Source of the DNA: Diplonema japonicum
Taxonomy: Eukaryota; Protista; Euglenozoa: Diplonemea
Assembly (NCBI GenBank): GCA_964019335.1
Contig: OZ025738.1
Span: 248,001 to 312,000 of the forward strand
DNA: 64,000 nucleotides
Direction of reading: 5' to 3'
Shown here: in pieces, positions 23,315 through 34,936 of the stretch
Layout: each line of letters starts with the position of its first letter
Position numbering within the stretch: the stretch's first letter is position 1
Program-made: the position numbers and the translations under genes
The notes under the pieces: model-generated
What the model was told of the DNA's origin: nothing
The model's database searches: none
Seen by the model: only the letters and a program-made list of their open reading frames with translations

Positions 23315-23318
<4 letters not shown>
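22833..23318 (-). CDS. NTF2/SnoaL-like protein resembling bacterial family members, C-terminal PKL, 161 aa
   Basis: FYSPLVNKPY, VVLHFNA, DGVDIF, LMVMVRP pattern; ~43-nt A-run before the ATG. Confidence 0.75.
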
Positions 23319-23364
<46 letters not shown>

Positions 23365-23681
23365 CACCCCCTTTTTCTTTCTTTTTTTTGAAAGAAACGT
23401 GGCAAAGAAGAAAAAAAAAGAAAAGTGTGTGTGTGGGGGGGGGAAGTATTTCTTTTTTATTTTCCCATTTTTTGAGCCGAGTTGGGGCCGATTGCAGGCT
23501 CAGACCGAAGGACCACCCCGAAGGATAGCAAAACATGTGATAAACAAAATTTGGCATCAGCCTCACATGGCTGTTGTTAAGTAAAACAACGGTTTCTATA
23601 GAAAACAAAAAAGATCTTGTAGTGATATCACGGGCGTGACTTACCTCAAGATGTAAAAATTCTTTTTTTTCTTCCATAATA

Positions 23682-23758
23682 CTGTAAAAGGGGAAATCAT
23701 CCGGTCGGCCAGGGCTTCCGGACATTTTATTTCCTTCCATTTTTTTTCCTTTTTACAG
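23682..23758. mobile_element. Tiny pogo-family MITE
   Basis: TA-CTGTAAAAGG...CCTTTTTACAG-TA; ends and internal ccggacattt resemble the 47342-48960 element. Confidence 0.7.
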
Positions 23759-23992
23759 TATTCAATAGTTTTTTCACCCCTCCCCGTTTTTTTTTTTTTT
23801 TTTTTTTTTCAGTACTCCATAGACTGAAGTAACTATTAATTTAACAAATTCTTTTTTGGCAAGAGGCCTATGACCATAATGATTCGAGTACAATTCGGTC
23901 TATGGTATTGACAAAAAAAAAAAGTTTGGTTTACAGAGCGTGTGCTCTGAAGAAATATCGAATAAGGCAGAGGGGGGGGGGGGGGGGGCGGC

Positions 23993-24149
23993 GGCTATGC
24001 TGGGCAAGGAAACGCGTTTCCAAGCTTTTTCTTTTTTTGAAAATATGGAAACGGAAACGTTTCCTTACTTTGGGGCTGTTTCCTTAAAAAGTATCTGAAA
24101 AATAAGGAAACGGAAAACGTTTCCCCGTTTCTTGCCAAACATAGCCCTG
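23993..24149. mobile_element. hAT-like MITE
   Basis: Imperfect TIR ggctatgctgggcaaggaaacg / cgtttcttgccaaacatagccctg; internal ggaaacg repeats; relatives at 51705 and 61530; no TSD resolved. Confidence 0.65.
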
Positions 24150-24245
24150 GGGGGGGGGGGGGGGGGGGGGGGGGGAGCACAGTCAAGGATTAAGCCATAG
24201 AGGGGGTTCTTTTCTTTTTTTTATTTTTATTTTTTTTTTTTTATT

Positions 24246-24570
24246 TCAAGGTGGGGATAACATGAAAATATAAGAAAAACATCAGATGTGTTGTTCGCTG
24301 TTGACCTCCTCGTCGGTCATCACCGGTAGCGCCCGAGTGGAAGAACATAATGCAGATGCTCAGGGTGACGAACAGGCAGCAAACTGCACGAGCGCAGAAT
24401 CTTGGTTACCCGGGACGCACCGGCTGGGGTTGAGCTGTACACCGCACGCATTAAGGACACGACGCGGAACGCAGAAGAAGCTACAACTCGGCCGCGGCGC
24501 GCCCCCTGTAATCAAGTAGACAGTTCTTGTGCAGGGCGCCGCCAACACCGGCCTCCTTTAACTCATATAT
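24246..24570 (-). repeat. Repeat family B, longest copy (~320 bp)
   Basis: Homologous to 41041-41285 and 57004-57204; one end reads TTAA-AGGAGGCC. Confidence 0.9.
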
Positions 24571-24628
24571 TATTTTATTATTTTGTTTTCAAAATGTTAA
24601 AAAAAAAAAAAAAATACCCCCTCTTCCC

Positions 24629-25093
24629 TTAAAACACCTTTGTAAGCCTCCCTGCACTTTTATCTACCAACAAGGTGTCTGTCAGGAAGATCTCGTTGCC
24701 CTCCCTCCGCTTTTTGCACCGCCAGAGGGCGTGGGTGACAAAACCTAAGATCCCTACTGCAACGCAGCACAACACCACAAACAAAGCAATCGGGAACGGG
24801 AATGGATTGTCGGAGTCCTTGCCGCAAGACATTGCCACTAGACTGGTGTTGCCGCAATCACATGAATATTCCAGAATTCCCACAGGGGGGCCTGAGCAAT
24901 TTGCTGTGTGATAGACTTGAGCAGTTGTGCTGTTGATCAAAAGAATGGCCTCCAGCTGGGCGTCTCCCTCTCCCAACAGGCCCCAAGGGGTGCACTGGTC
25001 GTACTCCTGTATCGCTACACTGTTCCCCTCATCGCTGCATGACCTCATGGTGACAACGGCCTTCGCTGTGATAATGAGAAAAATCGCAAACAT
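24629..25093 (-). CDS. Small Cys-rich type I membrane protein
   Basis: Hydrophobic N-terminus, six-Cys ectodomain, TM IALFVVLCCVAVGILGFV, basic stop-transfer, tail with TDTLL. Confidence 0.75.
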   Translation of the reverse strand: MFAIFLIITAKAVVTMRSCSDEGNSVAIQEYDQCTPWGLLGEGDAQLEAILLINSTTAQVYHTANCSGPPVGILEYSCDCGNTSLVAMSCGKDSDNPFPFPIALFVVLCCVAVGILGFVTHALWRCKKRREGNEIFLTDTLLVDKSAGRLTKVF

Positions 25094-25732
25094 TCTTTTA
25101 TTTATTTTTTTTTTTTTTTAAATTTCTCGCCCCCTCCTCCTCCCCTCCGCGTCTTTTCTCTTGCCCTCCACCTTTCTTTGAAATTTTGAAAAAAAAAAAA
25201 AAAAAAAAGTCCTGGATTGAAAAATTGAAAAATAAAAAAAAAAAAATCAAAAAAAGCAAGACTGGGAGAAAAAAAAAAAAGAAAAAGGAGAAGAGGAACT
25301 TCATTTTTTTTTTTTTTTTTTTTTTTTTTTTCCTTTTGGAAAAGAAAAAAAGACCGCGGTTTTTTTTTGCCCAAAACATTGAAGGGACCACCGACTGACT
25401 AGGGTTCGCTTTTTTTTTTTTTTTTTTTTGAAAAAAAAAAGGAAAAAAGAAAAGAAAGAATAAAATAGTAAAGAAAAAAAAAAAGTAAGAAGCGAGAGCA
25501 CGCTTTTTTCTTCTTCTTTTTTTTATTCTTTTTTTTAAATTCTTTTTTTTTTTTTTACCCTCCATTTTTTTTTTTCCCCCTCGTTTTTTTCTTTTTTTTT
25601 TTTAAACGATCCATAGTTTTCTTTTCAGGACAAAAAAAAAAAAAAAAAAAAAAAGGAAAAAGGAGGTCTTGCCGACATGCCTTATGTTTCTTTTTATCCT
25701 CCCCACACCCTTTTCCATTTTTTTTTAAAGGC

Positions 25733-26039
25733 TCACGCATACATCCAGTCATGTTGCTGAGGGGTCAGCAACTCCCATTTCACCTCTCTTGCGAGCAGCT
25801 TTCGTTGCTCCACCGACAGCGGATGTCCTCTCTCTCCCAGCATTTTGTAAATCACCTTCCTGCGCTCCATAGGACTCAGCCCCAAGAATGTAGTACTTAC
25901 TACCGAAACCATAGGGGGGCGGGGCTTATCCCCGTAGATATTAATAGACGGCTCTACGGCAGTGTCCTGCAATGCCCGTAGAACCTGGCTCAGCGCCGGG
26001 CTGGAAAGGGTGGTCGCTGACGACGAAGCAGGGACGGCT

Positions 26040-26044
<5 letters not shown>
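25733..26044 (-). CDS. Divergent BolA-like protein, 103 aa
   Basis: VSVVSTTFLGLSPMERRKVIYKML and LTPQQ resemble BolA motifs; ~32-nt A-run before the ATG. Confidence 0.6.
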
Positions 26045-26076
<32 letters not shown>

Positions 26077-26181
26077 CCCCCTTCTGATTTTTTTTTTTTT
26101 TTTTCCCCGCAAAAAAAAAAAAAAAAAAAAAAATATCGCGGCTGGTAGGTGCGAGATATACCACTGAGGAAGGAGAGGGGG

Positions 26182-26211
<30 letters not shown>

Positions 26212-26216
<5 letters not shown>

Positions 26217-26760
26217 GCTATTTATTAAATGAAAATCAGATAGCCTGATTTCATTCAATACTGCATTTTATTTAATTAAATGATGAGCTGCTCTCGAAAA
26301 GAATTTAGGTGATAAGTGTGGCTTCGCTGCTGCCTGCTTGTAGCGGCGCAATGCGCGAGTCTTTACTGAACACGGTACTGGGTTTGGTATGATTAATTCG
26401 GCGAATTGATGCTGACGTCTACGTCAAACGTGATTCTGTGCACTGTTGAAGTAGTGGGCTGTGTCGAAGGGGCAGGGCTGAAGGGGCGTGGTAGGTGCAA
26501 AACCTCTCCCACTCCTTCTTGTAGGCTATTTTGCTTGCCGTTGGAAGCGTGTCTTCCATCACAGCTTTGGCCCTCTTTCTCGAGGCTGATGCCCTTGGCT
26601 CGCTTCTCGGTCGCCTTCGGTTTTCTTCCCATTTTGCTAGAAATGACTGTGGGTGTGAAATGCCGCCCAGCAAAATCAGCAACGTTTGGCTTAAAAACAT
26701 GAGTTTATTTCACGCCCGTGAAATAAAGTGAAACCTGATTTATATCTTCCGGCCTAAATT
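26212..26760 (-). mobile_element. Crypton-like element remnant (N-terminus of a tyrosine recombinase)
   Basis: AKAVMEDTLPTASKIAYKKEWERFCTY resembles the Crypton YR N-terminal helix; flanks aatagctatttatt..aatcag..ctgatt and tttatttcac..gtgaaataaa hairpins. Confidence 0.5.
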
Positions 26761-26798
26761 CTTTTGAGAGAGCTGCTCAGAATTTTAAATAAAAAAGA

Positions 26799-27317
26799 TT
26801 ACTCGTACTTCCTCAGCACTTCTCGAAACGTGTCAGAGATTGCCGCGCGCTTGCCTGTAGTGTAGTCCAAAAAGACCACCTTGCAAGTGCTCACAAAACA
26901 CGTTTCACCTGTTTTCTTGTTGACCCCCTTCGTGTTGATGAACATGCTGTTCTCCGTCACATCAGAAACACTATCGTAAATAGTCAAGGTAGCAGGGTAG
27001 CCCACCGGTCTAATGTACTTTATGTTGATAGAGCCGACAATGGGCGCAAAGCTGCCTGGGGAGCCAGCTGACATCTTTGGAAGACCGGCTTCATCAAAAA
27101 TCTTATCCACCATCAGCACCCTGCTGGACTCCATGTAGACGAGGTACTGGGAGTTGTTGACATGCCCGTAGGCATCCATGTCGCCCCACCTAACTTCTAG
27201 CTCGTGGATATGAGGGGACGGCAACTCGTCAGTTGCCTTCCCAGCTAGAAATCGTGCATTGCTTTGGACCGGTCGCAGGTGGCGGGAGAGAACAGCAAGA
27301 CGCCCGAATCGCTTCAT
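26799..27317 (-). CDS. Hotdog-fold acyl-CoA thioesterase (4HBT/YbgC-like) with N-terminal targeting signal
   Basis: VRWGDMDAYGHVNNSQY, IKYIRPVGYP; PTS2-like RLAVLSRHL. Confidence 0.9.
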   Translation of the reverse strand: MKRFGRLAVLSRHLRPVQSNARFLAGKATDELPSPHIHELEVRWGDMDAYGHVNNSQYLVYMESSRVLMVDKIFDEAGLPKMSAGSPGSFAPIVGSINIKYIRPVGYPATLTIYDSVSDVTENSMFINTKGVNKKTGETCFVSTCKVVFLDYTTGKRAAISDTFREVLRKYE

Positions 27318-27483
27318 TATTATTATTCTTTTTTTTTAAAAAGAAAAAACCCTTTTATTGTTTGGGGGGGGGGGGGGGGGGGGCATGAAGCCATGCACTT
27401 AATTGTCAAAAAGATTTTTTTTTTTTTTTTTTTTTGTAAATGGTTTTGCAGCCTTTCATTTTTTTTTTTTTTTTAAAAAGTGT

Positions 27484-28499
27484 TCACAGTGATTCTGCCG
27501 TGAGATACTGTACCACATCTGCTCTGCGGAAATCAGACGCTCGTCGCATGGCGGTTCGGCCTTGGGGGGGGGGGGAATTTTTTTTTCTTGCGACTCTATA
27601 AAAAAAGAAATAGTAGTCCTTCCCCCCCTTTTCTTCATCTTCTTTTCACCTCTTTTCCCCCCTGCCTTCCCAGTGACCCTGAACGAAAGTAAATAAAAAA
27701 AAAACCTTTCCCGTTTCTTGTTCACTCCGCCGTTGTCTTGTACGTGCCGAAGCCAGCACCGAAATGGACAAAGGTGCCAGCGAAGACATTGTGATCCTGG
27801 ACGAATAGCAACAGCTGAAGACTCGGGGAACAAAAAAAACAAACACCCCCCTCCTCCCCTTTCCCAAAAAAGAAAAGCCAGACCTTTTTTATCCAAGGTG
27901 GTAACGTCGACCTTCGCCACCGCAACAAGATACCGCACAACCTCCAGCGCCCCGCTGCACCCTGCAGCGTGCAAAGCGGTTTGCCCATCGCATTCAGTGG
28001 CCGAAGTGTCCGCCTTCCCCACTTCAACAAGGCACTTAACAACATCAACGTGCCCCTCGTAAGCCGCACAGTGCAGCGGGGTCAGTTTGCAGTAATAATC
28101 GTGGACAGCTAGACGTGCTTTTGCTTCTTCAACGAGATATTTGACAACATCCAGGTGTCCATTCGAGGAAGCGTAATGAAGGGGAGTCTTGCCCACACCG
28201 CTTTGTGCCTCTACATCAGCAGCACAGTTTTGTACCAGATATTGAACTACAAGAAGACTGCCGTTCTCTGCAGCACAGTGAAGTGCTGATCGGCGGTGCC
28301 TGCTGAGGACGTTCACGTCGGCCCCTACTTCTTCGACTAGATATTTCACCGCCTCCGCGTCTCCCTCACTAGCAGCAACGTGCAGGACGTTCATTCCTTC
28401 CTTTCCCTTCTCCGTGCTGCTCTGGGTAATGTTGATTTCCTCTAATGACGCCCACGGGAAACCCATTCTCTGAAGCTTTAAGAGAATGCCCGCTTTCAT
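27484..28499 (-). CDS. Ankyrin-repeat protein, 230 aa, two exons (28499-27884 and 27560-27484)
   Basis: Five ankyrin repeats; removing GT-AG intron 27883-27561 gives DKKG|RTAMRRASDFRRADVVQYL, completing a sixth repeat. Confidence 0.85.
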
Positions 28500-28774
28500 T
28501 TTCTTTTTTTTTTTTTTTCTCTTTTTTTTTTTTCCGGGTGAAATAAAATAAGCACCAAACTAGTTTTTTTTTAAAACAAAAAAAGAAGAAAAAAAAATCA
28601 CATTTAACTGCAATAATAACTAAGAAAGACTTTTTTTTTTCTTTTCTCCTCTCTTTTTTTTTTTTTTTTTTTTTTTGTGCAAGAACGAGTCAGGCAAAAA
28701 CTTGCACACGCTTGAGTCGGGGCCCTCATTGCATTCTTGGCTTGGGGCGAGCTGGTGGTCGTGCAGCTGGGAAA

Positions 28775-28892
28775 CAGCTGTGGGATGGTTCGCTTGATCC
28801 ACTAGCTAACTCAGCGTGTAAAATTACGCGAGGGCTATAGCACTGTGTGACAATAAGGCAGATATCGGCTACGTAACTCGCAGCTTCCCTCT
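28775..28892 (+). mobile_element. Second, more degenerate copy of the DIRS-type RNase H fragment
   Basis: ggttcgcttg.tccact...aactcagcgtg..acgcgaggg.tatagcactgtg.gacaa.aaggcag matches the reverse complement of 22150-22262. Confidence 0.85.
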
Positions 28893-28934
28893 GCCAAAAA
28901 AAAAAAAAAGAAGAAAAAAAAAAAGGAACAAGAA

Positions 28935-28970
28935 GAATGGTTCATTTCACATTTAGAGGAGAGGGAGGGC

Positions 28971-29011
<41 letters not shown>

Positions 29012-29157
29012 GACCGGCACGTTACAAACAACGGCCAGTTCCTCTTTTGCAAGAATGAGTCATCAACTTGTCTAAACAAAAGGGGAACGTTGGCAACGTG
29101 TTTCGGGTTGACAAACCTCTCCACCGGCACCTGCAAACTACGGCCAGTTCCTCTTTT
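28935..29157 (-). repeat. Repeat family C, inverted copy
   Basis: Reverse complement of 21691-21891 with an expanded T-run. Confidence 0.88.
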
Positions 29158-29490
29158 TTCGCCCAGTTTTGGCCATTTTAATTCCCCATCGGGATTTGTC
29201 CTTGTGGGGGGACAAAAAACCAGTTTTGGGTATTTTTAAGGTGAATTTGTGAATTTCGGCACTTTTCTTGGGTATTATGTGACTCCTTTTTGTTGTTCGC
29301 ACGAGCAAAAAAAAAAAAAAAAAAAAAATCACTATGATAGGAACGAAGTGGTTAGCAACGGCCCGCCAAAAACACTTTTTTTTTTCCTCGGCACAAAGAA
29401 GTAGCATAAAGTAAGTAAAGCAATTATCTTTTTCTTCTTTGAAAAGATAAAAAAAAAAAGAAAAAAAAAGGGGGGGTTTATCCGCATTTC

Positions 29491-29613
29491 TTTTTGCTGG
29501 AACAAGAAAAAAAACAAAATTTTGAAAAGAAGTGTTATTGCAAAAAAGAGTAGAAGCTTTGTCCGTTTATCCCTACTGGGTGAAAACGGCTTTGCACAAA
29601 CAATCAGCTGACT

Positions 29614-29614
<1 letters not shown>
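29491..29614 (+). repeat. Repeat family A copy
   Basis: Same consensus as 12632-12748. Confidence 0.9.
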
Positions 29615-29648
<34 letters not shown>

Positions 29649-29912
29649 CCCCCACGCAAGAGACTCGCACCCCCAGCGTCAATCCGTTTAATCGAGATTT
29701 TTAAGCTTAAAAGCTTTTGAGAGAGAGAGAGAGAGAGACAGCGAAAACCATATAAAAAAAAGATGTCTTTGAAGGGAACCTGCAGTATGTGACAGGATCG
29801 CCTAAAAAAAAAAGCGATAAGTTTTTAAAAAAAAAAAAAAAAATAAATTTCTTTTTTTTCTATTTTTTTTTTTTTTTTTTGGTCGTCCTTTTTTTTTCCT
29901 TTTTTTTTTTTT

Positions 29913-30135
29913 TCCGAAGGCTATGCTCCAGAAGGGGAGCATTAATAGATAGGAACTCACACCACAAGAGGCTGTCCTCGAGTGGGATTGTCTTTTACTA
30001 TGAGTTTTTTTTATGTTTCTTCGCCCAAATGCCGTCCATCTCATATCGCGACAAACAGCAGAACGGTGACCGATTAGTGAATTTCTCCCCGAACGGTGAG
30101 CACCCCCCCCCCCCCCCCATGCACACCGAAATTTT
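29913..30135 (+). repeat. Two adjacent degenerate LINE 3'-end remnants
   Basis: 29913-29998 matches the reverse complement of ~5-95; 30022-30135 matches the reverse complement of ~30280-30406. Confidence 0.75.
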
Positions 30136-30144
30136 TATCAATTT

Positions 30145-30186
<42 letters not shown>

Positions 30187-30279
30187 CCCAAATGCGTTAT
30201 TTTTTTGCAATTTTTTTTTCACAACAGAGAAAAAGAAAAAGAAGAAAAAAAAAAGAAAAAAGAAAAAAAACTCGATAAA

Positions 30280-31250
30280 ATTTCAGTGTGCATGGGGGTG
30301 CTCACTGTTCAGGTAGAAATTCACACTAATCGGTCACCGTTCTGCGGTTGCTGTCTGGTGCCTGCGGTGGCTGTTTGTCGCGATGAGATGGACGGCATCT
30401 GGGCGAGAAACATTGCTTGGAGTCGTGCTAGGTAGGGGGGGGTTTGGCTCGAGGAGAAGAGTGGTCTCCTGTCGTAGCCGTGTGCCGTCGGGCCCCCAAG
30501 ATGTCGAAGGGTATGCACCCTTGATTTGGCGTTGGCGGGGAAGGCTGACCTTCCACAGCGTGCTGAGCATTTCTGGATGCGACCCAAGATGTATCGCATC
30601 CTTGCGGCCTTCTCCGTGAGCAGGTCTTGATCGTCGAGGGGACCTATGAGTGACCGGCGGGTGGTCTGCTCATAGTCTATGGCGAGTTCCATTGTAGTGA
30701 CGGAAGTTTTCTTCTTACCATCGTACCATCGTAGGCCTCTTAGCCACTTGAGGACGTTCTTCAAATGAAAGGTCAGGACCGCGCCTGACGCCCCGTTCGC
30801 CTTCAGCAACGCTTCCGTCGGAACATCATGTTGCCTCCCTGTCGTTACCTCATCCCAAGGGTTGGAGGTGAGCACTCTCTTGCTTTTTTCCGCTGCTCTG
30901 GCGTCACGGACCGTCACTACTTTCAGGAGGTATTGTTGCACCATCCTGGCACGTTCTTTCCCTGCTTTGTCGGCCCCTCTTGGGACTATCCCGTGAAGGG
31001 CTGTGGCAGCTGGGAGGCCTTCTCGCTTCACCTCTGCGTATTGCTCGCTTTCCAACACACTCCTTGCCGGCTCGCACTCCCACAGTGCATGCTCCGTCAT
31101 GCTGGTCGTTGTCTGGGACCGGTGGTCGCAAACGTCACACGCTAATGCTGGGTTTTCCACACCAGGGCCATCCAATTTTCTCCCCCACACCCTCGGGTGA
31201 GTCGTGAACACTGCACCACTAATGATGCGCCGCAACCTAAAGGACACCAA
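30280..31250 (-). mobile_element. 5'-truncated non-LTR retrotransposon C-terminal region, related to the element at 1-3245
   Basis: LRRIISGAV, CDVC..HALWEC, LHGIVP, ELAIDYEQTTRRSL, RRPLFSS parallel ORF 51-1361. Confidence 0.85.
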
Positions 31251-31690
31251 CGAAAAAAAAAAAAAAAAAAAAACGGTTTTTTTTTACAGGAGAAAACTTT
31301 AATTTAAAATCTCTTGATCCCGTTCTTCATCTTTTTTTTTCCCCCCCTTATTGCTATCCCTACTAAAGAGGGGGGTGAATAATTATTTAATCGAAAACCT
31401 ATAAAGTAGGTGCTGAGGAGAGCGAACGAATAAAAGGCAGACCTGTGACCTGGCCTTTAAATAACGAGTTGAAAAAGTGGTATCTGAGATGCCATCCCCT
31501 CCCCACACCCCGATGATGGTGGCAACAGGCGGTGGGAAGAAGTCGCTCATTGTACAAGAAAAATACCACCCTTTACAAAAAGAAAAAAAAAAAAAAAAAA
31601 AACAAATCTCAGTAAAGTAGGTCCGTGTTGGTGTTGAAAGTGGCAGCGAGGTAACTGTTTAACTCTCAAAGGGGATTACTGTAAATTGTA

Positions 31691-31865
31691 AAATGACTAT
31701 TTTACTAAATAAAAAATCAGATTACCTGATTTTAAGAGGAATCTTTTTTTTTTTTTTTTCACGAGTAGTTGAATTTCACTCGCTTCGCTCGTGAAATTCA
31801 AAAAAAAAACGAGTGAAAAAAAAAAAAATTCCGAGTAAAAAATCTGGCTGATTTTTATGGCCCTT
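31691..31865. mobile_element. Crypton-like non-autonomous hairpin element
   Basis: Start resembles 26212-26255; central palindrome gaatttcactcgcttcgctcgtgaaattc. Confidence 0.45.
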
Positions 31866-31905
31866 TAGAAATTTCCTCATGTAACTTTGCGGAAATAAGT
31901 AAAAG

Positions 31906-31938
<33 letters not shown>

Positions 31939-32304
31939 GACAGGAGACTCAACACCCGGTTCTCTTTAAAATCTTTCCTCGACAAAAAGAAGAAGACATC
32001 TTTCCTGGATAGATTAAAGAGTTTAAAAAAAAAAAAAAAGAAGAGGGAGAAAAAGAGAAGAAAAAAAAAGAAAAAAAAGCCGATAACATTTTTTTCAGTG
32101 CGCAGGGGAAGGGGGGAGCGCTCACTGTTCATAAAGAAAATTCACACTCATCAGTCGCTTATTTCTTTATTTTCCCCTCCCCTATCTCTTTTGAATAAAA
32201 CTGTAAACTATTTAAGGGAGCCTGCAGTATGTGGCAGGGCGCCCTGCTAGGGATCAGCTTTTTCTGCGTTCCGCGTCGTGTGCTCTTATATTTCCATATT
32301 TCTC

Positions 32305-32341
<37 letters not shown>

Positions 32342-32355
32342 AAACAACAGTCCAT

Positions 32356-34668
32356 TTACACCCACGTTCCGGCTTGCTTGTGCGTTATTGTAGTTCGGCC
32401 CGCTCTGATGTTCTCCACCACCCAAAACTGAATATCAGTCGGATCTCGAACAGTGGCGACAAGCGGGCGACAATTTGAATCTCTTTGCACCGCGTGCAGA
32501 GCATCGGCTAACGGATCTTCCTCTATCGCTTGCAGTTGGTACATCCATTCTTCGTGGCGGTGTTCCAGCTCCTTCCCAACCTCACGAATAACATAAAGCG
32601 TAGCATCATTATCAACAGTAAGCAACGTCACCGCCGTCAGCTCATACCGCCCAGTAATGCCCTCCGCGACAATGGGAGAGACGAGATTTACAGGACGGCG
32701 AAGTTTCTTGTTAACGAGTACGGAAACGGCGGCAACTCCATTGAGCAAATGCAACGCAGGGCCGGTAAGACCGAATCCTTTATGAGTTGAGGAACCAAGG
32801 TTCCCAGCGAATATGTCTCCGCTCACTGCCGCGGTGACAGGCGTCGCGACCGCCGTGGCCATGGACTCCGAGACTATTTTACAGAATGAAACCGCGTGAA
32901 TTTTCGGTTCAGGGCATCTTTGGGCAACGTTCCATGTCATAGTGAATGAGAGTGGGTCTGTAACTGCGAACCCGTGGGCAACGCCTTTCGTTGATTGAAC
33001 TGCATTGTGCATTACCTCTACAAGTACTGCAAAGTCCCTTGGAATGCTGATGTTACCGGGCATCACAAATTCCAGCCTAACTACTACACCCTTATGGCTC
33101 TGCATCTGCGGTGCCACGCTCTGCATCACCTGAACACAGTTCTCCTTCGACTTGCTCGCAACTGTACTAGAATCCGTAGAGTCCACCCCTGCAAACAATG
33201 TGTCAGGGAGATACGCCCGATAATCCCGCAGGCCTTGAATGGCCAGTAGCGTCCCATCTGCCACATCTGTTATCTCGCTCAACATTATCGGTTTGAATAT
33301 CGTGTTTAAATGAGCTTCAGCGCTGTCAAGCTGCATTGTTTTCAGAAGCCGAGTTCCTGCAGCGAGTCTTTGAAGCGGACGGGCGATTAAAATAAGCTCC
33401 AAAGCTGTTATGAGGATGTCCGTCGTGAAAATGATGACGGAGGCAACGACAAGCCGTACTAGCGCAGCGAACACCTTGTCGTTGACCGATGCCACAGAGC
33501 GCATCCACAGGAGGTTGAAGTCCATTGTCGTTGCATTGAAAACATGCGTTGTTCTAATGAAGTACTCCCCGCCCTTCAGATTCGTCTCGACGAAGTAGTC
33601 CTGCTTCACATGCTGTACGTGGGTACTAATCGATGTTGACGGTAGATCTGCAGAGAAGAAAACACCTGTCTGTCTCATCGTGCTGGCGTTCACCGCTGCT
33701 GATACTGTGGGTCCCAGGTCGGTGGAATGCAACAAACAGTCCCTTCCACCGAAATCCGAACACGAAAAACATTCATTGTAGCACTCGTACTTGATCGACG
33801 GCGCTAGATACAGAGTATGCGCGTAGACGCCACCTGTGTTCGAATCCAACACCAGTAGTTCCGTGTGATTTGACTCGTATCTTCTGATGACCGTGGCCCA
33901 CAAATCGAAAACGAAGAAACCTGAAGAAATGACCTCGTACTTATCAGGGAGGGACCAAGGGAGCGTGACCCGCTTCTGGAAGATGCTAAAAGAATAAGGC
34001 GACCCGTCCACTTGCGACCAAAACACAACAGGCTCCCACTTTCCTTCGTGCGGTATACCGTGCATGTATTGTTCTGCCCACCATTGTTGCCGTTCTGGGG
34101 GTTCCTCCCTCCGGAACACCTCGGTGGTGGTTGCTCCTGTGGTTTTGTCGAGGAGGCTCATCGTGAATGCCCATTGTGCTGTGTCGTTTTCACGAGTGGT
34201 ACCGGTTGTGAGCCACTGCTTGGCCTCGGTGTGGATATTATAGTCGTAGAAAACGTACTGTCGTGTGAAGCCGTCAGGGTCTTCCCACGGGGGTGTGCAG
34301 TGATCGCAAGATTCGTTGTGGATTCTGGAGAGCAGGTAACCGCCTCCGCTGTTCAGTTTGCTCATTTGTAATGCGGCGAAGGCGTGGGCTAAGTACACTG
34401 TCCGTGCAGCTTCCATGCCTTGGGTTATGTTGAAGACTTGTTCGTTGCCCAGCATCACAATTGTCGATTCCGCGTTTCTTACGGCGTCGGCCAGCATGTC
34501 TGCCAGCTGTAGTTTTGCGCTGTTCGACACGACGCTGCTTGAGTCCTCCACTGCCGACCGCAGCACCGCAATGCTCTCCAAATACAACAAATACCCCGCA
34601 GCTAGCGAGATGGCACTGGAGAGAACTGCCGTCGTGAAAATTATGTACTTCGACGCAACACGAATGGG

Positions 34669-34671
<3 letters not shown>
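32356..34671 (-). CDS. Receptor-type adenylate-cyclase-like protein with degenerate cyclase domain, 771 aa
   Basis: N-terminal TM, Cys-containing ectodomain, second TM, HAMP-like IARPLQRL..SEI..YLP, cyclase-fold remnant (TWN, GDIFAGNLG) lacking GD and NxxxR. Confidence 0.8.
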
Positions 34672-34718
<47 letters not shown>

Positions 34719-34936
34719 CTTCCACTCGCCCTTGAGGGGAATAAATATGCGAAGAAAAAAAAAAAAAAAAAAAAAACAAGAAAGAAAAAAAAAAAACCAC
34801 AAAGAGGTGTGTGGGAGAGGTGAGGAAAAAAAAAAAAAAAAAACTACGATGATGGAGAGAACAAATAAAAAAAATTAGAAAGGGATGGGGTGTGGAAACT
34901 TTTTTCTTTTGTATGTCATTATATCTTTGTTGCTGA

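Noticed and set aside
25098-25752. Lys/Phe-rich ORFs here and throughout, and K/F-rich N-terminal extensions in the ORF track
   Set aside because: They are translations of homopolymer tracts; starts were moved to the ATG after the A-run
27456-27883. C-terminal ~140 aa of the 347-aa ankyrin ORF
   Set aside because: Read-through of an intron; the spliced model restores the ankyrin consensus
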